Positions 13,025 through 25,049 of a stretch of DNA of 64,000 nucleotides are shown here, in pieces. Each line of letters begins with the position of its first letter. The stretch's first letter is position 1. The stretch covers positions 331,638,001 to 331,702,000 of the forward strand of contig OZ024740.1 in NCBI GenBank assembly GCA_964016885.1, given 5' to 3'. Origin of the DNA: Eledone cirrhosa. Its lineage: Eukaryota. The translations under genes and the position numbers were made by a program. A model generated the notes under the pieces. It did no database searches. It had not been told where the DNA came from and saw only the letters and a list, made by a program, of their open reading frames with translations.

Positions 13025-14522
13025 ATTGCAGCTACCAGATTTAGTCACAGAAACTAATGCATCGGTTCAGGTCAGGGAAAGCAATTGATGTGGCCCACAC
13101 TAGTTATTGGTATTAGAGAGATCTCCTTTCTTTGGCACTGGGATGATGTTACTGATCCTCCACGTATTCGGGGAAACTCCCTTCTCCAGTGCCTGGTTAC
13201 AAGGATCCCAGGAAGATATCATCAAAATCACACCTCTTCATCCCCTGTGATGCCGCTCCATCTTCTCCATGAGCATTGCCCTCCTTGATCTTCTTCTTGG
13301 CTATCTGAAGCTTCTCTCTGGTTAAGGGTCGTGTCTCAATATCCAGTTCCTCAAACAGCCGCCTGATCTCCCCACTGAGCTGTGGAGGAAGGCTCTCCTA
13401 GTAGGGTCCTAAAATGGTCCAGGCATTTCCTTTTCCTATCCTCGGGACCTGTTCCCTGGATCTGACTCGAACCCTTTCCTTCCTCCCTGGGATCTCGTCG
13501 ATGATCATCCAGCTCGCCTTACATCTAGTCCTGTCAACCGCTCTCCCCACACTTCTGATCTTCTCGATCAGAGCCTCCACTCTGGCATCGGTGTAAGCGG
13601 TACATACTTCTTCCCTCATCATCCCCATATTCTCCATCATCTTCTCCGTAGGATCAGCATAGAATTTGTCCTTGGCAGCTTTCAGGTGTTCTCTGGCTGC
13701 ACACACTTTTGGGTCTGCAGAGCTGACGTTCTTCTCCTTCTTCCCTCTCCTCAGCACCAGGGTCCCACTTGCTTCCACCATTGCATTGGTGAAGTACCCG
13801 TATTTCCTCGTCACACTCTCCTCAGTCCCACCAATCACTCTGTCCTCTGCCTCTCCAGACAGAACACTGAATCTGTTCCTTACTTCTACTGTGAACCTTA
13901 CTCATCATCTTCCTTGAAAGCTCCCCAGTCATAGATTGCTCTCCGGGGCTGATCCTTACTCTTTCATAAGCTCACCCGAACCTCACTCATAATAAGCCGG
14001 TGGTCGCTGCACAGTGTACTGAAATAATTGTATAGTTCTGTGTTCAGAACACTATTCAGCCACTTTTTTCTCACTAGAATGAAATCAATCTGGGAGTTGG
14101 ACAGGTGCATATCAGAGATGTATGTCCACATCTTCTCCGGATTCTTCCTAAACATTATGGGTGCCATCAAGTATGCCTGAAGCAGGCTTTTGTCTGTAGT
14201 CTTCCATTTCGGTTGGTGTTGTTATGGAAGTACCAGCAGGGATGTTCACTGCTCTGCCTACTCAGATGTGCATTGGAGTCCCACAGAAGAAGTAGGATGT
14301 TATGAGCTGGTGTGGCTTTGACAGCTCTACACACCACCTCATGGAACTCCTCCGCACTCACATCACTGTCTCCCTCGGTTGGACTATAGGCTGAGACGAC
14401 TGTCAGTCTTGGGTTTCCATTGAAGGTCACCCTCAACACTCGCGGGGAGACAGGTATGATTTCCTTCACCAATAGATTGATGTTTGCACTAAACACAAAA
14501 CCCACTCCTACTGCAGCATTCC
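13025..14522 (-). pseudogene. RTE-clade LINE remnant: APE endonuclease through RT subdomains 1-2
   Basis: ORF fragments VVSAYSPT...WDSNAHL, QIDFILVRKKW...SDHR, and IIPVPKKGDLS near 13110-13150; frameshifts and stops. Confidence 0.8.
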
Positions 14523-15012
14523 TTGCGTTATGGAATCCCCAAGAGGATAGTGGACCTGATATCACTGCTCTACACCAACACCAAAGCCCAAGTCATTACA
14601 CCTGATGGGATGACGGAGATTTCCAGGGAGATACATTGGCTTCCTGCCTTTTTATCATCGCAGTGGACTATTGTATGCGCCTTGCGCTGGACAAACACCA
14701 GGACTCTGGCTTTATTGTAACACTTGCGTAGAGCAGGAGGGTTAAGGTGAAAAGGATATCAAATGCTGAATTTGCTGATGACATAATTCTGGTGATAAAC
14801 ACAATGAAGGAAAAACACAATGAAAGAAAAAAGTTGATGCAGACTTTGTCGATGAGTGTGGGGCTAAGAATGGGTGAGATTAAGACGAAGTATCTGGTAA
14901 AGAATATTAAGAAGCCAAAGATGATTATGAATGTAGGCAGAAATCCGCTAGAATTGGTTATGGACATCCTGTATCTGGGAGCAAAGTTTGGAAACACAGA
15001 GGATGATGTGGT
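14523..15012 (+). pseudogene. RTE-clade LINE remnant: RT subdomains 3-7, inverted relative to 13025-14522
   Basis: YGIPKRIVDLISLLYTNTKAQVITPDG, FIIAVDYCMR, EFADDII, LYLG. Confidence 0.8.
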
Positions 15013-16068
15013 AACTTCATTGCAATTGTTTCTCTATCGTCTGCTCCAGATATTCCTTAAGTTAGTGTTTACAATGCTTCAGCCAATACTGACTCCATTT
15101 TGTAATGGGCATGTTCTTTTTCCTATAATTATGAAGAGTTCCCAATAGAGAAGAATTAATAAGCAATATATAGGGTTTAAAAATCTACACTACTTTTATT
15201 TCGTGTCAGCTACCGAGTTACCGCTATTATTTCCCTTTAGTAATATCACTATCTGAAACATCAATTCTTATTCATTTTGGAACCCTCCATCTTCGCTCAT
15301 GGAACTTTGTCACGTTTGAATTGAAAGTGCACAGTCATTATAAAAATAGAGTCAGAGTAGGCAGGAAGAGTGGGCTTTATATTAGAAAATCTTAAACATT
15401 TTTAACTATATGCAATACACATATATAGTGCAAATAGTCGCACATAAACATGCATGTTGGATGTTTTCACATTTGATTTTGAGTGTTGGGAATCTCATGT
15501 TTAAATCTCTAAAACAGCGCAAATCATGAAAAATCAATAATCTTGACGTGTATTTGTATTCTTTTAACATACGTTTAACCATGTGTGAACATTGGCTAAT
15601 AAGCACACAGGTATGAGGATATAACTGTAGGGAGGCTTAAATATATGATCACAAAGCGTACTTATAGCTTAGCCGACATGTAAAACACTATGGTACATGA
15701 GTAAGAGTAAGATTCAGTGAAGCAGGCGCATGTTTATGAAAATGGAATGAGTAAGGTCTCAGAGATATCATATAGTTAGATATCACAGACTAATGAAAAA
15801 AAGACATCACACACGAGTAACTGTATATATAAATAAGTTTAGTTGGGGGCGTTATATTGGCAGATACAGTAGGGTAACATACATGTTTGTGGCATATAGT
15901 TACGTTCTTTTGAATTCTAAATTCAAATGAACATTTCATCCAAACAGGATTCGTAAAATAAAGTACCAGTAACGCACTGGAATCGATTTAATGGACTTAC
16001 GCTTCAACATAAAATCTGTTTTAAAATTAGGTTTTGTGGTTATACATGAATAGTGGCATTCGTCATCG

Positions 16069-16268
16069 NNNNNNNNNNNNNNNNNNNNNNNNNNNNNNNN
16101 NNNNNNNNNNNNNNNNNNNNNNNNNNNNNNNNNNNNNNNNNNNNNNNNNNNNNNNNNNNNNNNNNNNNNNNNNNNNNNNNNNNNNNNNNNNNNNNNNNNN
16201 NNNNNNNNNNNNNNNNNNNNNNNNNNNNNNNNNNNNNNNNNNNNNNNNNNNNNNNNNNNNNNNNNNNN
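16069..16268. other. Assembly gap (200 N)
   Basis: Run of N. Confidence 1.
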
Positions 16269-16496
16269 TGTGTGTGTGTGTGTACAGAATGAGTGTTAAA
16301 GACCAAAGGTCATTATTGAAAGTCTCTGGATTTCGCAAAATACATAATATTTTTTATTGGAGAAGGTAAGATAAATTTCCGCAAAAATATGATTGCACTG
16401 CTTTGTTTCCGCTTATATATTTTTTTGAAAATGTTATTTATTCATAATAAAAATTAAATTATAGCAATACTTTTCGACCGACCGAGTCCACCCCTG

Positions 16497-16553
<57 letters not shown>

Positions 16554-17394
16554 TTGAATCAAGGTGACATGCATACACATATATATAGGAATAAGGCAAG
16601 CCCAAATCTTAGTACATTCAAATATCAGAGAGAGAGAGAGAGAGAGGGGGGGGGCAGAAATGACGTGGAACAGAAATGAAACATGGATTGCAGGTTAAAA
16701 TGTAGTCTAGATAGATGAGAAACAAAACGAGGATGTAGTTTATGAAATACCCACATGATCTAGACGTCGACATTAAGAAAGACCTGAACGACACCACAAT
16801 TTGATTATTTTAGCAAACAAATAATATATATATATATATAATGCCAATCATTGGAGGTTTGAGTCTGACATCCAAAAACATCTATATGAATAAAGTAAGC
16901 CCAAATCATAGTAGATCCACATATCACAGATAGAAAGAGAGAGAGAGGCGTGGTGAGAAATGAGGTGCCACAGAAATGAAACATGGTTAAAACATAGTCC
17001 TAGATAGATGTTAAACAAACCTAGGATGTAGTTTGTGGAAAACCGAAAAGATTTAGAAGACGACCTTAAGTAGGAGCAATATCATTAAAAAAGACATGAA
17101 AGAAACCTCAATACTTTGTTTAGAAAATGTTGAAAGTAGGTTTATAAGTACGAATTTTCATAAGACTTTCGTAGTTGTCTCTATGGCCTAACGGTAGGTA
17201 CTAGAGACGGTGGATATCCAGCCATTAGGTTCAATCTTATTCAAGAGGTACATGTAACCTTTCTCAGTTTTTATTTTGCAACCAATAGAAAAAAAAGATG
17301 AAAAGATTTACTGGAAACCCTACTCCTGGACAGGATCGAAGTTCAGACCAAGATCAGTACCGCCTATGATTTAACCAACTAGATTTAACCAACA

Positions 17395-17962
17395 TAGAAT
17401 TATGACCCTTTATATTCTGAGTTTAAATCCTTCCGAGGTTAGTTTTGCCTTTCATCCTTACGGGGTCGATTAGATAAGGCGCCAGTAATACACTGGAGTC
17501 GATTTAACCCTTTAGCATTTACATTACTATTGTATTTTTACGGTAAATGCTTTATCTTGGCATAATTATCTCGCATAATATTGAATCTACGAGATTTGAT
17601 GTTATTTATTTTGAGAAAACTACCTTAACATCAGTATGAGAAGCCGGTTACAGCTGGTTTGAACAGAAAGAGTTGAGAGAATTCTGGTCAGATACAGCCG
17701 GTTTAAATGCTAAAGGGTTAATCAACTTTGCCCTGCCCTCCAAAATTGTTATACTTGTGCCTAAATCAGAAACCATTGGTGTATTGGCAGTATCGGTAGA
17801 GAGTCGGACGTCATGCTTTTCAGCATAGTTACGTCCCTTTATGGTCTGAGTTCAAATCCCGCCGAGGTTAACTTTGCCTTTCATCCTTACGGAGTGTATA
17901 AAATAAAGGACCAGTAATACATTGGGTAATTGTTGGCCTTGTGCCAAAAGTAGAAACAATTA
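17395..17962 (+). mobile_element. Two adjacent family A SINEs, the first split by a MITE
   Basis: SINE core at ~17395-17507 resumes at 17722-17776; second copy 17778-17962. Confidence 0.8.
17508..17717. mobile_element. piggyBac-type MITE (210 bp)
   Basis: TIR CCCTTTAGCATTTA / TAAATGCTAAAGGG, TTAA TSD at 17504-17507 and 17718-17721; intact SINE copies show a single TTAA at this site. Confidence 0.85.
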
Positions 17963-18109
17963 TTTATATATATCATTATTATCATACATCCAATCTTCCA
18001 TGCTAGCATAGGTTAGATGAGTTGTCACAGACTAAGTTTGTACTTCATCAAAGCTACTGTCCTAGAGGAACCAGGGACTATGCCTTATTTACATACGTTT
18101 AGGTTTTGA

Positions 18110-18465
18110 TATAGTTTCTAGAGCTGGATGCCCTTCCTACCCAAATCACTTTACAGTGTGTACTAGGTAAGTTTTATTGAGGCAGCTGCACTAAGGAGCT
18201 TTGTAAAACTGAGGAGTCCTTTCAATATGTTATTTGACAGGGTTTTTATAGCTGGATGCTCTTCCTAACACCAATCACTTTACAGTGTGTACTGGGTGCA
18301 TCTATCTTGACACCAGCACTAAGGAAGTTGGTGTGTCGTTGACACAACAGAAGTGTCCTTGCAACCTTTTGTTTGGCATGTTTTCTTTGGTTGAATGTCC
18401 TTCCTAATACTAACCTCTTTACAGTGTACACTGGGTACATTAAATGTGATATCAGCCCTAGCAAG
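18110..18465 (+). repeat. Three diverged tandem copies of a ~130-140-bp unit
   Basis: GCTGGATGC.CTTCCTA...AATCACTTTACAGTGTGTACT.GGT recurs near 18123, 18251 and 18390. Confidence 0.65.
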
Positions 18466-18768
18466 AGTGTCGGGTGATGACAGCTGAAGAGTTGTCACTA
18501 CACTATGATAATGTTACTTTCACCCATTGTGAAAGTAACATTATCATAGTGTAGTGACAGCTACAAACGTATAATGAAAATTGATAATTATAAACCTACT
18601 TTCAAAATCAAAGTTAAAAAGATGTGGTGGAGTTCATGGCTTTCTTAGAGCTATTAGGAATATTTAGGGTTGTCTTGTCAATTTTCTGGCCCTTTGGTAA
18701 CAACCTTATTATTCCTATGTGTGGTTAACTGTTAATTTAATTTGCTTATTTTAGCAAACAAATAATAC

Positions 18769-18819
<51 letters not shown>

Positions 18820-18821
<2 letters not shown>

Positions 18822-19120
18822 TTGGTACGCACTCATCAGATAAAATAGAAAGTTTGTTTTATAAATATTGACATATCCAGTAATGAGACTATACAGTTCA
18901 AGTTACACCTGGATATGTCAATATTTATAAAACAAACTTTGTATTTTATCTGGTGAGAGCGTACCAAAGTTTTGGTACCCTATAGATAGATATATAATAG
19001 AATAAATATGGTTTTATAAATATAGTTTCCATTTATTAATAAAATTGATATTATACTCCAGAATATCAGTCGAGTGCTTCGAATGTGTTATATATTGGAG
19101 AACCGTGGAAATAATTAGTA
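18820..19120 (+). mobile_element. Fold-back pLTR with degenerate HHR, same family as 186-360
   Basis: Arms 18820-18880 and 18909-18969. CTGATGA on the minus arm, CTGGTGA on the plus arm; GAAA decayed. Confidence 0.7.
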
Positions 19121-19130
19121 TATATATATA

Positions 19131-20002
19131 CTCGTAGTAAAGCCCGGCGTTGCTCGGGGCTGCTCAGTAGCTGTGTTACAATGTTACAATGTTAAGTTCC
19201 TTTCTTGGCTTAAAAATTGTAGAGTCTACAGTGTAGACTTTCATGTCGCACTTTTTATGAATATTCCCTCAACCAACAGTATGCCTTATGAAGTTAAGAA
19301 AATATAACCATAACCCGAATGTTAAAACAAAAGAGGATGCTGGGTATAAAAACTGCACTGGTAATCTATACACTGCAACACTTGTCTCAGAGAAAACATC
19401 AGCGTAACCAAACTATCGGTTATTTTGAAACCAAGAAATTGGATGGACATGAAAAAAAAAATTAAAAAATGCGTTATCTGTCTGTCGTTTAAAATCTTTG
19501 CTTCTAAATGAAAATCTCCTAAGGCTTCATTCGAGATAAATGCTTTTTTTACAAAATATTTGCTTGTTTTACGGTGTATTCAAATAGGCTTGTTTTCAAG
19601 TAAAAATATTGTTTTAAAAGACTTTTTAATGGAAAGAAGCAAAATGGAAGCTTAATGTTGAAACTTCGAACTCATGAATTTTGCAGGTTAAAATGTTTCT
19701 GGTCCGAAAACTGTTCGCGTATTTTTGTACTTTTGCACGCGTCGTATATCCGTAACGTAAATAGATAGACAGAATGACGCCATAAAAGGGAAATAACTCG
19801 TCTCTCATCTCTCTTTATACATTTGAACTGAAAAATCAATAAATTACAAATTCGAATTTTGCACTTGGCGTGGGTCGATTTGAAAACCTTTTAGACCGAT
19901 CTCTCCGCCGGACCTTCATCTATAAGTGTAGCAATTTCACCGAAATTTGAACGTACGGTTTAGGAGATGTGTGCAGACCGTCTTAGTAGACAGACAACCT
20001 CA

Positions 20003-20010
<8 letters not shown>
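19131..20010 (-). mobile_element. Non-autonomous Helitron-like element
   Basis: Shares the terminal hairpin AAAGCCCGGCGTTGCTCGGG with 59113 and 60271; terminal CTAG mutated to CTCG; in (TA)n. Confidence 0.65.
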
Positions 20011-20058
<48 letters not shown>

Positions 20059-20301
20059 GCCAATCATTTTAAGTTTTAATATATTTTATTGGAGAAGGTA
20101 AGATATTTTTCCGCAAAAATTTGATTGCACCGTTTTGTTTCCACATGTATTTTTGGAAAATGTTATTTATTCCTCATAAAAATCAAATGATAGCATTCCA
20201 TATGTAGGTGCGCCTCCTTTATCTCATGGCAATCAATATTTTTAGACCAGTCCGCCACTGCATATATATATATATATATGCTAGGGTGAGAGATAAAATT
20301 C

Positions 20302-20343
<42 letters not shown>

Positions 20344-20350
<7 letters not shown>

Positions 20351-21039
20351 ATAATAATAAATGTGAAGACTAAAATCCAAAGAGGGCTCGATAAGGATAA
20401 ATATATATCAAATATATAAGTACCGTAGAGCAAATATTTATTAAAATAACAGATTAAAGTTTAAGCAAAGAATCGCTGCTTTCACCCTTAACGGGATCTT
20501 CTGAAACTAACAAAGTCAATCTGTAAACGCAGAAGTGGATATTTTAAAAAACGTTGCAACCGGAGGAAGACAGGAAGACGATACTTTGGTTCGTGGAAAC
20601 GTTCGCTGGCAAAGAACGGGAAAAAACGAATATAATACGTCATTAATAGAACCACCTAAGAGAACATTAGTCTACGACCTCTTTTATACCATAAACGTGG
20701 TTCTGTCTTTGCGCGTAATTGTTTTTCACCGCTACTATTAATGACGTATAATATTCGTTTTTTCCCGTTCTTTGCCAGCGAACGTTTCCACTAACCAAAG
20801 TATCGTCTTCCTGTCTTCCTCAGGTTGCAACGTTTTTTGAAATATCCACTTCTGCGTTTACAGATTGACTTTGTTAGTTTCAGAAGATCCCGTTAAGGGT
20901 GAAAGCAGCGATTCTTTGCTTAAACTTTAATCTGTTATTTTAATAAATATTTGCTCTACGGTTCTTATATATTTGATATATATTTATCCTTATCGAGCCC
21001 TCTTTGGGTTTAAGTCTTCAAATTTATTATTATTACTAT
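20344..21039. mobile_element. Inverted pseudo-LTR pair (~305-bp arms) at the 5' end of a PLE
   Basis: Arms 20344-20649 and 20735-21039, near-identical, directly upstream of the ORF at 21081; typical PLE architecture. Confidence 0.9.
20876..20926 (+). ncRNA. Variant hammerhead-like motif (mirror copy 20458-20508 on minus)
   Basis: AGTTT CAGAAGA TCCC GTTAA GGGT GAAA GCA [GCGATTCTT] TGC TT AAACT; three stems pair, but the core has U4A and the triplet is CUU. Confidence 0.55.
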
Positions 21040-21080
21040 TTGGCTCCCTCGGTTGAGCACTCTACTGACTTATATTCATC

Positions 21081-22798
21081 ATGCAGAAACAACATCTGAA
21101 TATTTCTACAAAGAACATACACGTACCAAGCAGGAAAACATACCTAAAACTCCTGATACAGAAAACAGACGCGTTCATTAAAAGGTTGCGTTGGCGTGCC
21201 TTCTATTTCGATAATCCGCGAAAAGCAGACAACAACAGGATAAATTTGGATTTAAAACCTATAATAACCCCCCGTGTAACCCAGCATTGCTACCCTTCGA
21301 AAATGATGTCTTGGAACTCATTTAGAGTATCAAATTTCGGAATAGGAGCAATTCCTTCCAGCAAGACCTGAAGAATAGAATTCGTTCTTATTAAGATTAT
21401 AATGCCGTGCACGTCCATTCCGACAAAACTGGCAACCTATATCAAGTGGAGCGCAGTACTTACCATCAACTACTACATAATGATGTAACTAAGGATTACC
21501 GTAAAACTAATCGGTGCATCATCAATGAAATCAACGATGCTGGGTTTAAAATCACATCTGATCTCAACATCCTGGACCGGACCGAACCTCTGGACCCTAT
21601 TTCTCCCCACTTTACCCTGAAGGATCACAAATCCAATTTTCCGAACAACCCCTCTATTCGGCTTATTAACCTTACGAAGTCCGATTTAGGCAGACTTAGT
21701 GAAACGATTCTTGATAGAATTATACCTGAAATTAGAAGTTTGGCCCCTCTTGCACTGTGGAACAATTCTTTCGCCTTGATTGATTGGTTCAACGGCATAT
21801 GTAACAAGGAACATTGACGTTTTATCCAATTCGACATCAACAATTACTACTCCTCCATCACTTTACCACTTCTCCTTAGAGCTATCAATTTCGCTAAAAC
21901 ACTCACAGTTAAGGATTTCGAAGTTGATGTCATCCTCAATGCCCGAAAGTCGGTGATTAATTTCGACGACTCTATTTGGATTAAAAAATCCAATAGTACC
22001 CCATTCGACGTGAGTATGGGCGCCAGTGATTCTGCGGAGGTTACTGATCTTATCGGCCTTTTCCTTCTTTTCTCTATCAAGGATGAATTCCCCAACGCGG
22101 GAGGTGGTTTGTACCGTGACAATGGTCTTTTGACCATGACTAAGTGCGGACCTCGTGCTTGCGACAGGTTTAGAAAAGAATTCACAGCCTTCTTTAAAGG
22201 CTTCAACCTCTCTATACAGGTTGAGGCCAATCTCTCGGTCATTAATTACCTCGACGTTACCCTCAATTTATTGAATGGGTTGTATTACCCGTATAGAAAG
22301 CCGAATGATACGCTTAATTACATAAGTAAGCATTCCAACCATCCTGCCAGCATAACCAAGAACCTGGTAAGAAACGTTTCGTTGAGGCTTTCCCGTTTTC
22401 CCACCAACGAGCGTATTTTCAACGACCATTCCACTTATTACAATGAAGCTCTTGCTCGAAGTGGATTTGTTGATAAGGTAGCAAATACGGAGTACGAAAA
22501 TAGACCTAGAAGAAATAGATCCCGTCGCATTTGTTGGTATAACCCACCATATAATATGGAGGTGGCCACACCATTAGCTAAGATCTTTATTTCCCTTATT
22601 ACGAAGCATTTTCCCCCTACACATAAATATAGTAAAATTTTTAATAGAAATACTATTAAAATGTCTTACTCTACGACTCCTAACCTTGCACATAACATCA
22701 CAGCTTCAAATTTAGCTAAACTACCTAACCGTAGGAACACGTGCAACCCTGTAGTTAGTACTAACTGTAATTGAAGGAATCGGGTTGATTGTCCCCTT
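21081..22798 (+). pseudogene. Penelope-like element RT (Hydra-clade-like), truncated in the Cys linker
   Basis: STKNI..P...KRLRWRA, DKTGNLY, TLKDHK.NF....RLIN, FIQFDI, FDVSMGA.D.AEV, YRDNG, YLDVTLNL, WYNPPY, CN*RNRVDCPL. One frameshift near 21240 plus TAG/TAA stops before 21400. Confidence 0.9.
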
Positions 22799-23127
22799 CC
22801 TCTTGGGCATATGTTTTTCCATTAAATTTGAACATATGTTCCTTAAGGGTTAGTTTTATGCTGGCCCCTACCGCATGTGCAATCATTTTCTTCAGTTCAT
22901 CGTGGTTTTCGGGTGTCCGTATGGCTCTGGTCCACCCGTTCCATCTATCTGTGTGGGTTTTCTTGGCCATTGAGGTAATCGTAGGTGGTCTGCCTCTTGC
23001 TGGTCTTGTAGGGCACAGGTTGCTAAGGTCATATGTGTCTAGGTAATTATTACTATAGGTAAGCTTAAGTAGGAGTCCCAGCTCACTGGTATCAATCCCA
23101 CGGAACTCAACCTTGCTCTCACTGATC
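22792..23127 (-). pseudogene. Inverted 5' RT segment of a second PLE
   Basis: ...LLLKLTY...LCPTR..RGRPPTIT...IKLTLKEHMFKFNGKTYAQEEG; ends where the plus-strand fragment begins. Confidence 0.8.
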
Positions 23128-24350
23128 ATTGGTGTTAGCATTGCAGGCGACATAGCTAACTTATTCATGGTATGGTGGGACAGTAGACTTAAATTAAACT
23201 TAAAGAACAATTAGAAGACCCCTTAACCCTGATAATGTACTCCCGCTACGTAGATAATATAAACATCGTAGTTAAGACACCCCCACTAGAGAACAGTCAG
23301 GAACTAGAGAAAAACACAATGGAAAGCATCCAGCAAATAGCAAACTCCATCCACCAGAGCATTAGAGTTACTATAGACTACCCAAGTAAACACCCCAACC
23401 ATCGATTACCTGTACTAGACACAGAGCTCTGGTTAGATACCATTAACAACAAAAAACAAATCCTCCATTCCCATTATGCCAAACCCATGACTTCCAAACA
23501 TCTGATCCACCGAAACTCGGCCGTTTCGAACCATACCAAAATCAACATACTGATTGCGGATTTGGTACGGGTGATGAGACATGTGTCCCGCATGTGCAAC
23601 CCCGAAGAACTAGAGAGACACATACAACACATCATCCACCGTATGCTGTTCTCTGGCTACAATCAGAGAGATAAAATCAGAGTGTATAGAGGAGCCAGAA
23701 CCAAATGGGAAAAAATGGTAAATAATGGCATTGTATAGGAGCAAATTTTGGAATAGAATAGAAAGAACTAGGAACAAGGCTAATAGAATAAACTCATGGT
23801 ATGATAGCAATAAATACCAGAGTGTAATGTTCATCGATACAACCCCTAGAGGTGAATTAGCTTACAAATTTAGAAGGGCCGTAAATAAACATAAACTCAA
23901 TATTAAGATAGTAGAAAGACCAGGTACCTCCGTAAAAACACTTATTAGCAAGACATACCCTTTTCAAAGACCCTCATGTATAGTTAAGTAATGTATAACC
24001 TGTAAAATAAGCCCCCATATTAACTGTAAAACTAGAAATGTAGTGTATAGCAAAAGATGTACTGAAGGACAATGTAGAGATAAAAATATAGTGTACATAG
24101 GTGAGACAGCTCGTAGTGTAGGGGAACGGATAAATGAACACTGGCGAGACCTTCAAGATAATAAAGAATCATCTGTACTCTACCAACATGCTAAAATAGA
24201 ACACAAGAGTAAATTAGAGACATAGAAATAAAAATAGAATCTACACACAGAAAAGACGCAATGTTTAGACAAATTACGGGGGCAATAAACATAAAAGAAT
24301 TACAACCAAAATTAAATAGAAAATATGAGTGGAACAGCAACATCACAACT
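23128..24350 (+). pseudogene. Second PLE (different clade, Nematis/Neptune-type): RT C-half plus GIY-YIG endonuclease
   Basis: IGVSIAGDIANLFM, RYVDN, LPVLDT, HYAKPM.S, IKIVE.PG, NVVY...VYIGETARSVGERINEH...LYQH...H; frameshifted. Clade assignment tentative. Confidence 0.85.
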
Positions 24351-24559
24351 TACAATTAAGGACAAAATGAAAACACACACACACATAGAACAAACAACCA
24401 ACCAGTAACATGTAAATAAACAAATAAATAAATGAACATAAACACACACAGACACCCGGATGTGGCGCATGCGCAGACTGAGCACACAACACACACACAG
24501 AAGCAAAATGGCGTAGGACAGAATAAAGGAGAGGCACAGAAACAAAGAAAGGAATCCCC

Positions 24560-24604
24560 AGTCACTGAAGAGGTCACAGAGTGTGTGACGAAAGAACTAT
24601 GACT
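24560..24604 (+). ncRNA. Minimal hammerhead ribozyme in the 3' pLTR of the second PLE
   Basis: AGTCA CTGAAGA G GTCACA GAGTG TGTGAC GAAA GAAC TA TGACT. Confidence 0.8.
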
Positions 24605-24971
24605 ATATATAAACAACTATCTGGTTGTGGAACCAACCAACCAACCAGAAATTTATAAATTTATAAATTTATAAATTTATTATAAATTTATTATAATAAA
24701 TTGAAGTGAAAGCTTTGGGGCGTGTGTTTCTTATTGGCAACATGACCCTCTCAAAGTATAACAATATATATATATATATACCAGCATAGTATATGTCAGT
24801 AATGGCGGAATTTACAGTAAACATTATTTGTTATAATAATTTAATGTAAGATACTTTTAGCCCTCAATCTATCTAATTTTTCTCCTTTCGAACCTTATCG
24901 TATATCGTTTAAAGATTGACTATTACCATATTTTTCTTTAATCATTATGAAACCTTACATAGATAGATAAA

Positions 24972-25035
<64 letters not shown>

Positions 25036-25049
25036 TAGATAGATAGATA

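Noticed and set aside
20735-20800. ATGAC in the pLTR as a SECIS core
   Set aside because: No apical AA at the expected spacing and no pairing 3' GA quartet by eye.
21081-22798. Assignment of this PLE to the Naiad clade because of the TGA codons
   Set aside because: Naiads have an N-terminal endonuclease and lack canonical HHRs; here RT is followed by a CxC-x5-C linker and in-window homologs have a C-terminal GIY-YIG.
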